Positions 23,360-36,440 of a DNA stretch of 64,000 bases are shown in pieces. Position 1 is the stretch's first letter. Every line of letters begins with the position of its first letter. The notes beneath the pieces were generated by a model, which had not been told where the DNA came from, searched no databases, and was given only the letters and a program-made list of their open reading frames with translations. Origin of the DNA: Haliotis rubra (Eukaryota); assembly GCF_003918875.1 (NCBI RefSeq), contig NW_025767398.1, positions 248,001-312,000 of the forward strand. The letters are read 5' to 3'. Made by a program: the position numbers and the translations under genes.

Positions 23360-23770
23360 CTCATTAAATCAGCAATGCTTCGCCGTGATGATCGCCGCAG
23401 TTACCGGGGCTACCGTATTTGTGGTACAGCATGCAGCTGACAGAGCTCAAGGCGTGTTCTATGAACAGGTCTTCCTCGAGGTCCTCACACAAGTAAAGTC
23501 GGCGTTCCGGGGGAATGGGAAGTAAGACGATATGCCGGTGTAGCTGCCATCATCTCAGCCCCGAGCCTGGACTTGTATCTCACGTACAGCTTGTCGACCT
23601 CATCAGCGGGCAGTTTCTGGATTTTAATCGGGGGTATAGTCCCCACCAAAGTATTGTTTCCCCTTCCCACCCACGATGAGGGCCACTAGCCTTTCACGCT
23701 TATCATCAACCCAGGAGCACGTATCTTCACCCTCGGATATCAGTTGTTCAAGCAGTTTGTTGCACTCCAT
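23360..23770 (-). pseudogene. Polinton small conserved protein (MEC..LLEQ...GGK.KQY), frameshifted
   Basis: Homologues at 51692-51930 (+), about 985-1140 (-) and its duplicate near 55035-55190. Confidence 0.65.
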
Positions 23771-24059
23771 CCTATAATATATCATGCGATTTTTAATTTT
23801 AATAATGTAATACCCTGTACACACGAAATATAGTGAGATGAAAGTTAGGTTACACACGATGAGGATCTCAAAATTCGAAATTGTATATATTATGAGCGCC
23901 TCATTCATTTTTTTGACCTTGTAGATGAGGCTGGAGAAGTTACCTCCCTTCCCTAAACAGTGACCCATTTAGAGATTGTATACGCCTGAGTATACACCTG
24001 AGCATAACAATGCCTACTGTCCTGGAGCTACGGTTCGTGTGGACTGAACACGCTATAGG

Positions 24060-27000
24060 TAACTACCTGAGGGGCTGGCGGATGAATGTAGACCAAACAT
24101 AGACATCGACGACGTCAAACCCCTGATCGTTGGCAAAGTCAACAAGGAACTGACCGACCTGGGAAGCCTCAAATTCCAGATCACAGTGAAAATGTGGCTC
24201 GATTAACAGCAGGCGGACGGCAGCACAGAGTACGTTAAGCCTTACTTCAGGGGTAAACAAGAAGTGCGACTCAACCCGAGACTGTAGACGAGTCCATCAA
24301 CACCTCGCTTCAGCAACTACGAGAATACCTGGAACGCTACACGCACAGGGGTTCCGGGTGGGCCGTGGACAAAATCGATAAGGTCTACCTGGACATAGCT
24401 AACTACATGCCGTTCAGAGGTGGAACGTACCTGGACTTACCCCCTACTACAAGAAAAAACATGCCATGGTCAACGTCAAGAACAGAGGCGATGATTGCAT
24501 GAGGTTAACAATCAGATCTGCCTTGTTTCCTGTCAACGTTAATTCGAACAGACCTTCGAGCTATCCCGAAGATGACGGACTCAACTGGGACGACATAGAC
24601 GAACCCACCCCCATATCTAAGGTCACCAAAATCGAGAAACAGCACACCCACATAGCCATCAACGTCTTCGGGCACGAAGGTAACAAAACGATCATGCACA
24701 GGATCAGCCCGGTGACTGAGGGACGCAAGACGATCACTATATTCATGATCCAGTGAGGTGACAAGTACCACTACGTGTGGATAAAACACTTCAGCAGGCT
24801 GTTGCACGACCAATCAAAAGACGAAGGGAAAACACACTTCTGTGAACGATGCCTGCATTGTTTCACCTGGGCCGACCTGCTGGAATCACACCGGGAGGAT
24901 TGCCTAGGCGTGGGGCAGACGGCCATACGAATCGACATGCCCAAGGAAGGTGACACCCCCCCTCAAATTCGACAACCACAAGAACCAGATGGTCGTACCT
25001 TACATCATCTACGCCGACTTCGAAGCCCTCGTCAAACACGTTGACACCATAGGTCCGCCCCGGACAAAAGTGTCATGCACAAAACGCAGGAGCACGAGGC
25101 CTGTGGATTCGGATACGTGGTCATCCGATGTGATAGGAAAACAAACGCGCCCGTGGTGTACAGAGGTCCCGACGCGGCTGAAATTTTTTTCATGTGTTTG
25201 CAGCACGAAGAGAAAATGATCAGGAAAAGGCTGTACACCGTCGTTACCATGCGCATGACCCAAGCTGACAAGTGAGCTCATAACGGCAGCCACGTGTGTC
25301 ACGTGTGCGACGAACCGCTGAACGGCGATTCGGTGAGAGATCACTGCCACATCACCGGTGAGTACAGAGGCGCAGCCCACAACGCGTTCAACCTCAAGCT
25401 CAGAATCAACCCCATTACAATCAACATCCCCATGGTCTTCCACAACTTGAAAGGGTACGACTCTCACTCGATCATGCAGGCCATCGCGAGGGTCGACGGC
25501 AACCTGACGTGCATCCCCAACAACATGGAGAGATACATCTCCTTCTCCCTGAGGTTCATCGACTCAGTTCAGTTCCTCCTGTCGTCTCTCCACAGTTTGG
25601 TCAAGGCCAGCGATACCTTCCACATCACCCATCTATACACCGACGCCAAGACTAGACCCCTGCTGATGAGGAAGGGTGTGTACCCCTACGAGTACATGGA
25701 TAGCTGGGCCAAGTTCGACGAGACCCGACTGCCTCCCATCAGCTGATTTTACAGCAACCTGACCGACTCGTCAATCACCCAGGACGATTACGACCACGCC
25801 CATAACGTGTGGGAGAATCTGGGCTGCAGGAACCTGGGTGATTACCACGACCTGTACTTGAAAATGGACGTACTCTTGCCGGCCGACGTGTTTGAGACGT
25901 TCAGGAGGATGTGCTTCAAGCAGTATGAACTCGATCCTGCATGGTACTACACCAGCCCCCGGTCTCTCTTGGGATGCCTTGCTGAAAAAGACCGAGGTCA
26001 AACTCCTCACCGATTACAACATGCACCTGTTCATCGAGAAAGGCTTACGAGGTGGGATTTCCATGGTCTCCAAACGCTATGCGAAAACCAACAACGAGTA
26101 CGTGAAGGGCTACGAACCTAGCAAGCCCACCAATCATCTCCTCTACCTTGATGCCAACAACCTGTACGGCTGGGCTATGAGCCAGTATCTACGTACCGGG
26201 GGGTTCGAGTGGATGTCCAAGATAGACGTCATGAGCATACCACCGGATTCGGGGAAGGGTTACATACTCGAAGTGGAGTATCCAGCAGCATTGCACGCTG
26301 CACACAACAGCTACCCCCTGGCTCCCGAACGGTTAATGGTCAATCGAGACTGGATGTCCGACTACCAACGGAACTTGCTGGGGGAAAATAAACCGGCCAA
26401 CCTTGAAAAAACTCGTACCCACCTTGATGACCAAAACCAAGTACATCGTTCACTATCGCAACCTGCAGCTGTACCTGTCGCTGGGTATGAGGCTGACTAA
26501 AATTCATAGGGTGCCAAGTTCGACCAAAGCCCCAGGATGGAGCCTCACATCAGAATGAACACGGACCTGCGAAAGCTGGACACCAGTGACTTCGAGAAGA
26601 ACCTCTACAAGCTCATGAACAACTCGGCGAAAACGCGTGACCGTGATGCTAGTCCGGTTGAAAGAGAAAGACAAGCTCAGGAAACTGATAGCCAGCCCGG
26701 CATTCAACAGGAGCAAGATATTCACTGACGATCTGGTGGCCCTGCACATGAAGAAAAGCCACATCAAATTCAACCGGCTCGTCTACGTGGGGATGAGCAT
26801 CCTCGATCTCTCCAAGCACCTGATGTACGACTTTTACTACAACGAGCTCAAGAAACAGTACGGCGACAGGTGTGAAGTGCTGTACACGGACACAGACTCC
26901 CTGCTGATGGAGATTCGAACCAAGGACGTGTATGAGGACATGAAGAAACACATGCACCTGTACGACACCAGCGACTACCCTTAGGACCACCCCATGCACA

Positions 27001-27372
27001 GCCAAGTCAACAAAAAGGTCCTCGGCAAGATGAATAGACGAGTGTGCCGGCACGCCGATCGCCGAGTACATAGGCTTGAGGCCCAAGATGTACTCCATCC
27101 TGAAAGCCGACAATGGTGAGATCCGAAAGGCGAAAGGGGTCAAGAAATAAGGGTGAAACAACACATCAAACACGTCAGGTTCAACGAAGCCCTGTTAAGG
27201 ACCCGCACCTTCAAGCATCAAATGAATATGCTTAGAAGCGACCGGGCAGAGGATATACGGACTGACGATAAACAAGACGTCCCTGTCGCCAATGGACACG
27301 AAGCGTTGGATAGCCATCGACGGGATCAACACATACGCGTACGGACATGAGAAAATTGAACCAAAAACATAG
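24060..27372 (+). pseudogene. polB: Protein-primed family B DNA polymerase (pPolB) of Polinton type, with embedded endonuclease-VII-like insert; multiple frameshifts
   Basis: GSGW, IIYADFE, VRDHCHITGEYRGAAH, FHNLKGYDSH, RKGVYPYEY, YLDANNLYGWAMSQ, KLMNNS, YTDTDS, KAKGV. Confidence 0.93.
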
Positions 27373-27376
27373 ACGT

Positions 27377-27860
27377 ATGTCACAACGCCTTGAGACCATT
27401 TACTACAGCCGCGTGGGTACTGGAAAGGGGCTAGTGCCATAAACAAGCTTTCCAAAATGGCGAGAGTATCACCGCACGAGGCCAAAGTGTGGCTGGAAAA
27501 ACAAGCTCTGTGGCAGATCTACCTATTGGCACCATGCTTCGTACCTAGAAGAAAGTTCGGTGTGTCGACGCCCAATAGCGTCCACCAGGCCGACCTCCTG
27601 TTTCTACCACACGACAGGAGGTACAAGTATGCCCTAACCGTCGTTGACGTGGCCAGCCACTACAAAGAAGCTGAGCCCTTAACCGCGAAAGATTCGCCCC
27701 AAGTAGCCAGCGGATTCGAGCGCATGTACAAGCGTAGTCCGCTGACAGGGCCACAGAGCTGCAAGTCGACCCCGGACGGGAGTTCATGGGTGCCAAGCTA
27801 GCCTAGCCAAGCACGGCGATCAGGTCAGGCGCAGTGTGGCAAGCATTCATCGCAGCCATT
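27377..27860 (+). pseudogene. Polinton retroviral-like (rve) integrase, N-terminal part
   Basis: GYWKG, KQALWQIYL, HQADLLFLP, YALTVVDVAS, VDPGREF. Confidence 0.88.
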
Positions 27861-27960
27861 NNNNNNNNNNNNNNNNNNNNNNNNNNNNNNNNNNNNNNNN
27901 NNNNNNNNNNNNNNNNNNNNNNNNNNNNNNNNNNNNNNNNNNNNNNNNNNNNNNNNNNNN
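27861..27960. other. Assembly gap (100 N)
   Basis: Run of n. Confidence 1.
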
Positions 27961-28790
27961 TTGGTGGCCTGGTTCAGTTACGTGTCTCGATATCGGTTTC
28001 TTTCATTGACCTTGAGTAAAATAATATCTAACTGAGCTTGCGAGCTTGAATGGTATTTGATAGGTCAATGTATAAAAGTGGGAGTTTGCGAAGAGCTTCA
28101 CAGAATTGAAAAGATAGTGAATCGATTTTCGAATACAATTGACCTGTATAGTATTTGATCGAGCTTCCTTGAATAAAGAGTCTCATCTTCTAGTTTCGGT
28201 CATTAAGTTAGCAGTTATTTGATTATGAATGAGGCTGTGTCATATTATTGGTGCCTTGTAGACTGTAGTGTTCACTAGTCCATTCTGATGCACTTCTAAC
28301 GGCACGAATAACCACTTTAATATCCCAGTACTTATAATTGTGTTTTCTCAGACAACCGCCAAATATACCCACGCCAAACTCAAGTTGATCGGTGTCGAGA
28401 CATCATCCAGGTATTCCGGATCCACGCCCCCGTGAGGTACATTCTGAAGACAGCGACTCAACTGTGTACATTTTCCTAAAACGCCACTTCTCTCATCATG
28501 GAATTTGCATACGTGATGCATCACCAGCTGATGAACGTCATCAAAAATTCAACTTAAACATCCCCCCGCACGTGTTCTGTCCATGGTGGAACATCGTGGT
28601 TGGAGGTAATGCATGCACACAGCACTGTGAGGGTTACACCTGTGTCCTTCATACAACTCTACAGGAATAGGTTACAGCATTCCTAAGCTGTAGGAACATT
28701 GGGGCGTTTTCATTATATGCTCAGATGGGTTTTAATTTTGTTCGTAAATATTTCGTGTGGGTCTACTATTTAAATATCTGACTGTTTCAG

Positions 28791-29660
28791 AGGCCGCCCT
28801 GTATCCCCATGCAGATCCGCAGGTGAAACCCCGGACATACACAATAGAACGCAGCCTGACGTCTCTGTAGTCACCGCCTTTTCAATCTGGGGGCCATTCC
28901 AGAAAGGCACTGGAAGGATATTTAATTCTAAATTGTACTTGTCGTGGTCAGTAGTGTTCACACATCTGCGAAATCCTTTCATCGTTTACACAGACTCGGT
29001 AGACATTGCTGAACAGTTTCTCCAGATGAGAGCCGGTAAGGAAGGTACAACGAAAATAGTTCTGGTGGACAGAGAAAAGCTATGGTCTTTCGGATGGGTA
29101 GAGAAGATCGCAAATCTATTCAATGCCAGGATACCCAAAGTTCCACCCGAACACAGTCGTGCCTGAATACACACATGCTCAACACGCCAAATATGAATTG
29201 ACACAACAAGCAGTTAAAAGTAATCATTTCAATACCACTTATTACACCTGGATCGATGTCGGTTATTTCCGACTGATCACTGAACGGAGGAAAGAGTTTG
29301 TTATAGTAAACCCCCAAATTTTAACGAATCTCGCGGCCATGAACCAAGTCTACGACGCGAACATGACATGCCCCCGACTATCTTCTTCAAGAGGAAACCA
29401 TGTGGATTGGCGGTGGGTTTATCTTCGGATCTCAAGACACATTGCCTTTGTTTATAGCAGATTATCGACAGGCCGTCCAACGCTATCTGGACATGTCCTC
29501 AGCTGTACAGACCAACAGGTACTATTTTCAATGAATACGAACAAAGAAAAGCTTATTGTTCAACAAAGAGTGGCTATTCAGTCATATGTAAACGATGTAC
29601 CTGGTGACTGTTGGTTTTATCTGGGATATGCTTGTTACAGGAATTGTTACAGTGACGTAA
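28791..29660 (+). pseudogene. HtrL/YibB-like (glycosyltransferase-like) protein, main exon with several frameshifts
   Basis: VSVVTAF, FQKG, Y..W, NPFIVYTD, YPKFHPNTVVPEY..AQHAK, NHFNTTYYTWIDVGYFR, TDQQVL, WFYLGY; tttcAG acceptor at about 28790. Confidence 0.7.
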
Positions 29661-29759
29661 ACAAACATTTATTTTTTAAATTTAAAACCAAAATATACAT
29701 TTTCATGATGTATATTTGTGTTATGTTATAAACATGACATCAGCGGGCTGTAAATCTCG

Positions 29760-30570
29760 TGAATTTCGATTTAACAAACAGACGGAGAGTTTTGCAGATC
29801 TGTTTCTTTATACTTCGGAATTTCTGATTGATTGGCAAAATCAAAACAAGATAATTTGACCAAGAAGTTTACCTTAAGCTTCCGGTATATCGATGATCTA
29901 ATATCGTTCAATGACCATGAAATAGTCAATTGCCAGCCACTGATTTACCCACCTGAACATGAAATCTCTCCACAAGGCTGTATGACAAAGGGATGATTTC
30001 AACTTTCAACTTTGAGGTAAAATCGAGCGTGCTCTTGTTATCAGGGATTTCAAAGAGCGTTATACCACTTTTGCTCACAAGTTGATTGATCAAGATTACA
30101 ATATTCAAGGCCTCAGGAAAGCATTCAAGAAGTTTTAGGGTAGACATGTGGAGGAATTTCCGAATTTGATGCATCAGTGACAAAAATATGTCTGATGCAA
30201 TTTCGTGTGTTGACTTATACCATACGTTCTCGAATTATTTCAGACCCGTAAAGGTCCGGGTTAGAATGTACCTTCAGTAATCTGGCTTGCTGACTTGGTT
30301 GACGCATGTCATCGGTTCCCAATTGCGCAGATCGATGCTCATGCTGTTGATCACTGGTTTGCCAAGCCCAGACACGATTATTTACAGACCGCCGCCATAT
30401 GGCTGAAATATTACTGAGTGCGGCGTAAAACTAAACTCATACTCACCTCTGAATTATTTCAGATGAACAAATGACTAGACTTTCTATATGTTTACATGAA
30501 CGGGTGGCACAGGTGGGGCAGGATACGCTCACCTTTTCGCGAACACCTGGTATCGTCACTATTTCATGGT
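29760..30570 (+). mobile_element. Penelope-like retroelement RT 3' fragment, decayed and interrupted by a SINE
   Basis: FRYIDDLISFN, TRLYDK.DDFNF, LRKAFKKF.GRH. Confidence 0.6.
30244..30446 (+). mobile_element. Gastropod SINE-like repeat (same family as 6563)
   Basis: Reverse complement of 6563-6810 with an internal deletion. Confidence 0.8.
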
Positions 30571-31006
30571 GAGTCATAAACACATGCTCTGTCATCATAT
30601 CGCAACGTTACAATCACTGGATTGTCTGGTCTTGACTTCCGATCTATTCTGACAAGCATCATCTTTATAGCTGTGATACTGCTGGAAACAGATGTATACT
30701 CAGATATAGTCACAACTGTACAATCGACTCTGTTTTTAGCAGATATATCTTATGGACGTGTACAGGGTTTTGCCGCTTCTATTTCATATGTTGTTGCTGC
30801 ATAATAATCACAAAATATTTTCTATACGCCAGTCAAGGTGTGTATCTGTGTTGACATTTGCTTCACACGAGTTGACGACGTGATCTACGACGACGGGGAC
30901 TGTAACAATACGTAACAGTCGGGGACGTATCTACTCGCATATTCAATAACAAGAGTGTTCCGGCGTTAAACAATATATTAGGGTATCATTCATCCTGCTT
31001 CCTAGA

Positions 31007-31240
31007 CACCCGTGAAGATCCGGGTTAGAAGTGATCTTCAGTAACCCATGCTCGTCGTAAGATGGGATCGGGTGGTCAGACTCGCGGACTTGGTTGACAC
31101 ATGCCATCGGTATCCCAGTTGCGTAGATTGATGTTTATGCTGTTGATCACTTGATTGTCTGGTCCAGACTCTCGATTATTTACAGATTGCCACCATATAG
31201 CTGAATATTGCTGAATGTGGTGGAAAGCTAAACTCAAACT
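31007..31240 (+). mobile_element. Gastropod SINE-like repeat (same family as 6563)
   Basis: acccgtgaagatccgggttagaa...tctggtccagactc...gctgaatattgctga. Confidence 0.8.
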
Positions 31241-32329
31241 CAAACTATTTCCTATAATGCCAAACTTCACATAGATAGCAGCAAGTGTTATCCAATGTAT
31301 CATGTTGACGGCATTACCCTTGCTGCTGTAGAGAATGGTATTGTTTCTGTAAACATGGTATCAACCCAAGGGAGGTAAGTTACTCTCAGTGTTTGTAACA
31401 AATAAATAATAATACAACATAGATCCTCGAGGAAACATGTGTTGTTTTGATCTGGCAGTATGGGAATATTACTAAAAGTGGCGTAAAACCATACTCACTC
31501 ACTCACATATCGCTCTGGGTCGATCTTTGTTGCATGAAGTCGGCAGTGAAGACTGCTACCAATGCTCACTCTGGAGACCCAATATAGAGGTGAGTGAGTG
31601 AGTGAGATTAAGTTTATAGTCATATCGGCAGTATTTTAGTCTCATCGTGACTAAAACTAGTATAAATTCATGATAAATGGAGTTAATTTTAAAAACCTGT
31701 CGACGATGGATAGTAAAAATAAATAGAATATCACTCAAACAAAGAATTAAAACTGGCATTTATCTCTAAATTTGATAGCAATCAGGACAACACAATATTT
31801 AAGAAACCCGGCTGAGTATCGCCAGCAACTGAAAGTTGATCACCATACTTGGGACCATGGGGACTTGAAGTGCTTTTGCTATCTACATGGACCCTAGCTG
31901 GATTTACACCGTCACTTCAATCCCTGGCGACTGTACTAAATTTTAGCCATCATTTAAAACATAAAAATACTACGATTAAAAGTTCGGTAGGACCAAAAAT
32001 TGACCTTGAACGTTGGGGACTTACGTACGTACTCAGGAGGACAATAATGTTACACACTTCTTATCCCTTCGAGAATACAGCCACTAACAATCTCGGTTGC
32101 TAATTCTACCGATTATAAAATGCCATGTGTCTATGTACATTATCAATCAAAATTTTCTGCAATAATTCAATTTCTTTTTAAAAACCAAGACTCTAAGTAT
32201 TAAAATGAACTTACGTTAAAAAGATCCTTCACGGAAGAAACTTTAGAAATAGTTATTCTTCTATGATGGAGAAATCAACACAGTCAAGCAGGACATGACA
32301 TGACCGTAATTCTTTCACCACAAGACTTT

Positions 32330-32460
32330 GTGTGTTGGCGATTAGATGCCTGATTCTGAGGGTGTGAGTTCGAATCCCAGGTGGTACTCAACCCAACAAA
32401 GGTACTTTAGAAACTGTACTTTACTAAGAAAGTGTAATCCCAAATATAACATAAGTTACA
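32330..32460 (+). mobile_element. tRNA-derived repeat fragment
   Basis: B-box-like gagttcgaatccc at about 32366; no complete cloverleaf. Confidence 0.4.
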
Positions 32461-33399
32461 TTTGACCACTTCTAAATGACATTGTGTAATCATAGTTTTC
32501 GGCCGTGGGAACGGTGCCAATTTACATTTATCAGAGGGTGACACAAAGTCCGCCGTCTAGACTACCAGTTGTCCGACTTGCATTTTGTGGAAGTCTCTGG
32601 TGGCTGAGTGGATTAGGCGGCTTACATGTCATCGGTTCCCCATTGTGTTGAGGGTATTGGCATTTTTGTTGGAGAAGTGCATGACATGTGACTTTGAAGT
32701 TGAATTTTAATTGGTATAGACTTGTTAAGAACTGAGCAAAGTATTTGGAAACTACAAACAGAATACAAGACAAATCTTATGGATAACAACTTCTTGGTTT
32801 ACTTTTCACAACGTTTCTGGCTAGTTCTTGCCCCTCCTTCAGGTAAAGGCCTTGAAGAATTTTTATCAACAGAAGTTCTAAAGGATCTAAGACAAAGCTT
32901 TAAACCTTGGTGGTAGACATAATCTATTAGTTTCAGCAACAATACCATCTGAAACAGGTGATATATTTTTACTCAATTAATTTGTTATTTGAACTGTTGA
33001 GAATATTTGGAAAATCATTCTCAACTGAGAATATGAATACCGGATCTGCTATACTTCCATCGTCCTCAATCCGCATGTTTGACCGACTTAGTGTTAGATC
33101 TGCATCCGGACTATTTGCCCCACAATTCTCCAGAATGACTTAGGGTAATTTCTAGCGTCTATCAATATCATTTCCAAAGAAAATGACCCTTAAACAGTAC
33201 TCTCAATCCTCTAAAACCTCACAAATATGTCCCAAAAATCCCATAACCCTTTATGATCGGTATTAGTCTCTTTCCCACCACTCTGGCTGCAAAAAAATTT
33301 TAAAGGAATTTTATACACACTTCTACCATAACCAGCTGCTGCCTGGTACGTAAATACATAAATACATTTGTAAAAATAGCAAGTATTGGAGACAATCAA

Positions 33400-34145
33400 A
33401 CGCTCATGCACGTGCCGGGCGACGACGTCATTGACGGTGGCGTATGGCCTTGCAATGTGTTACTGCATGCGCAGCCCGTACAGCTGCACACAACATGTGA
33501 AACTCTGAAATTTCGCTGTCACTGTCGAAAGCTTCATCTTTGGTCATTTAAACGTTCACAAATCCACATGAGAAGTCACATGCACATCATGCCAAGATTA
33601 ACATCTGCTCAACGTCATGAAGCCATTGGAATGGTTCGAGCAGGCATGAGCCAACAACAGGTGGCAGCACATTTCCATTGCCATCGTAACACCATATCTG
33701 CATGGGTCACGCGTTATCGAAACAGTAATGACGTCGCCGACCACCCACGTTCTGGGCGTTCCCCGACGTAACGACGCCAAGACAGGACAGGTGGATTCGG
33801 GTGACTCATCTCAGATACAGGTTCCAGACAGCAGTGACCACGCCCCAGACCATTTCCCAGGCCTCCAATGCTCATTTGGTAGCCTCTATGCGTCGTCGTT
33901 GCACTGCTGTGCTTCACGCACATGGTGGTCATACCGTTATTGATTTTGTGACTTCGTCATGTGACCCCCTACTCGATTTGAACTTCTGACGTCATCGTTA
34001 CGGATATTGTTCATGTTCTTTTGACAATTTCTTGTGGTCCGATACTTCAGCTTATAAAGTGTCTACATCATTTCGTCTTTGCTGTGTTGTATTCCAATTC
34101 TGAAGGCATTTTCTGTGTGCACAGTTTCTGTATGTGGCTAGTATA
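33400..34145 (+). mobile_element. Internally deleted Tc1 element
   Basis: MPRLT..QRHEAIGM..AGMSQ.QVA HTH, RSGR, QDRWIR, then C-terminal SMRRRCTAV..AHGGHT; DDE core missing. Confidence 0.8.
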
Positions 34146-34149
34146 TATG

Positions 34150-34900
34150 ACCAGTGTGCCCTAAACGAGCTGTCGAAAACGTGATGAGAATCGATTGCCT
34201 TCAGCATTTTGGTCAAGAAATGAAATTGGAGTTGTACCAGTTACCCTTGACACCTGAAGTACAGATTCTAGTACTTTTGTTACGTTTGAGTCCCTTCCGG
34301 GATTCGTACCCACACGCTCAGAATCACCTAATCAACAGCACGCACGTTATCGATCTAACCCACAAGTGGAAACTATTTCAAAATTCCAATATAAAGAAAC
34401 TAATGAGATTGGTTACTACCGAACAGGTTGTCAAAATGTTCAATATCCTTGACATTAGAATAAGAATTGTTTGGAACACCATTTGTCAGACTACCTTTGT
34501 GAAAGGTTCATCCATTCTCATGAATGTCCTTTTTCTCCAAGCACCAAAATTTGAAAAAAAACTTTCAGATTTTCGCTAGGTGCTGGTGACGTTGGAGCGG
34601 GTGCTTCCCTGTTGTAAGACGATGCATCAGGCTTTGTACATCCTGTTAGTTATTATTCATGAAATTTTGAACATATTCTCATAGACATTATTTCACCTTT
34701 TAGAGAGAAACTCTTGGTCTATTAGTCTCAGCATTACAACAATTTAAATTGTTCTTTGTGACTGCTTTAATTACTAACCAAGGCTTTTCTTCATTAAATG
34801 AAAAAGAAAACTACAATTCTGTGCTGAAACTGCATTTTAAACTTCAAGCATGTTGAAGGCAAAGACAACATTATCGCCGGTGCATAATCAAGATTTGGTT
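34150..34900 (+). pseudogene. Highly decayed Ty3/Gypsy pol remnant (RT connection and RNase H)
   Basis: IGYYR, W...CQTTF..LQAP.F, DVGAGA.LL, HPVSYYS, HVEGKDNIIA.A.SR. Confidence 0.55.
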
Positions 34901-35687
34901 GAGTGTGATCAGTTTTCACTGCGAATTTGATTTGCATGATAATAATAATGTTCATTATTATTTACCGTATTGGTCAGTTTTTAACTTTGATTCGCAAAGA
35001 AAATGTCTTCGTTCAAACGTTCCTTCTGCGAAAAGGTGAAACAGTGTCGTAACACTGTTTATTTTGAGATCTAGTAGACGTCAGTGGTGCTCGTCACTGT
35101 GTTGAGACTGAGATGCGGTTAATCTGGAAGCTACAATAGCAACCGGAATAATCCATTCTGACAGTGTCCTGTATGTAAAACGGGCAATCGATTGCCTCTG
35201 TCATCTCACATGTGAAGATCGACATGGAATTGTTAGTTTGTTTTTAATGCCAAACTCAGGAATGTTCCAGCTAAATGATATAGCAGTCTGTGAAGTTATT
35301 GAATTGTCGAATCGTTTGAACAATAAATAGCATTTATGGGTATCTAGTGATAATGATTTACAATTTACGTACAGGGCACAGATAATGTCTAAAGTAATGT
35401 TTTACCCGATAATATATTCATTTGGTTAGCCATTTGACTGGGTTGGTTTCGATAATTTCACACACGGAATTACAATTTATTAACTAACTTGACCAATAGT
35501 AAACACGCGAAACCTAATAAGTGAAAATAATTCTTTTAACTTTTACGTAAGACTTGTAACACATAACTTATTGGTCTTTTCACCATGATGTAAATTTTGG
35601 AAAGAAATGAAGACATAAAACGGTCTTTCAACAACCTCTGCATTTTCTTCACTTTGCCTCGTGGGGTAACATAATCGGAATATAGGT

Positions 35688-35900
35688 GACCGGAGAGAGG
35701 AAAGTCGCGGGTTCGATCCCCGACTGCGTCATTCGAAAAGACCTTTAAATATGGTACTTTTTGGTCCCTGTCTGGCGCTCGGCACTTATGGTTATAACAA
35801 AGACTGATCGGCTCGGAGTCAGTATAATGTGTCTGAGTGGGGTATTCATGCTTAACCGCGGCATGGTAGTTCAGTGAGCTAGAACTATAAAATCAGCTCA
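35688..35900 (+). mobile_element. tRNA-head SINE with conserved central domain (MetaSINE-like by inference)
   Basis: B box gggttcgatccc; gactgatcggctcggagtcagtataatgtgtctgagtggg...tcagtgagctagaactataaa. Confidence 0.65.
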
Positions 35901-35996
35901 AAGGTCACATGCAACGTAAAACACAACTTTGCAGATTATGATACCTTTCGGTATGGACTTAGCGAAACAAATCATCAAAAAATGCAAATTCAACTT

Positions 35997-36440
35997 ATAA
36001 AGCTGAAAAATAACGCGATGAAAAAGCCCGCGCAAAATCAGAGTTCAAACGATTCACTAATTTTCCCCAGCGCTTGGGGTAAAAGTGGTTTCAACAGCTA
36101 TGCTGCGCTGCGCTCTAACGCATGTGCATTGAATAGGTCCGCCAGCTTGAAACAGGATTCATGCCCGGATTATAAGATCGTGAGCAGGAGTAGTCTAATC
36201 CTGGTTACACAAATAAATAGTAAATAATCTACTCGTTACATAAAAGAACCTTGTATGATCTAGATCTACTCAGCTATGTGTCAACCAGTGAGGCATTCGA
36301 CATTTCAAGACGAAAACCTTTCCTGGCGGTGAGTACTCGGAGTCGGGAGACTTTGGTGTGAGCTATTGTTTCTAATGTTTTTATTTATATTTCCCAGGCG
36401 CGGGCTTTTCATAAGTTATTTCTCAGACGCCAGCTTTTAT
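35997..36440. mobile_element. MITE-like element with imperfect terminal inverted repeats
   Basis: ataaagctg..aaaataac..atgaaaaagcccgcgc versus gcgcgggcttttcat..gttatttt...cagcttttat. Confidence 0.5.

Larger units (their letters stand above)
22272..27860 (+). mobile_element. Polinton/Maverick (adintovirus-like) copy B, runs into the assembly gap
   Basis: pPolB followed by integrase, with a divergent cluster of small genes; visibly more GC-rich than the flanks. Confidence 0.92.

Noticed and set aside
26649-27173. Minus-strand ORFs over pPolB (also 24505-24813, 25009-25467)
   Set aside because: Antisense shadows of GC-rich, codon-biased pPolB
22272-27860. Bacteriophage or contaminant contig
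   Set aside because: Joined to eukaryotic LINEs with a TSD, full of inactivating mutations, and pPolB plus rve integrase is diagnostic of Polintons
32330-32400. tRNA genes here and at 35688-35730 and 50900-50975
   Set aside because: Only box-like motifs; no full cloverleaf, so treated as SINE or repeat-derived
32690-33200. Possible Gypsy gag/protease remnant
   Set aside because: Too decayed to identify motifs
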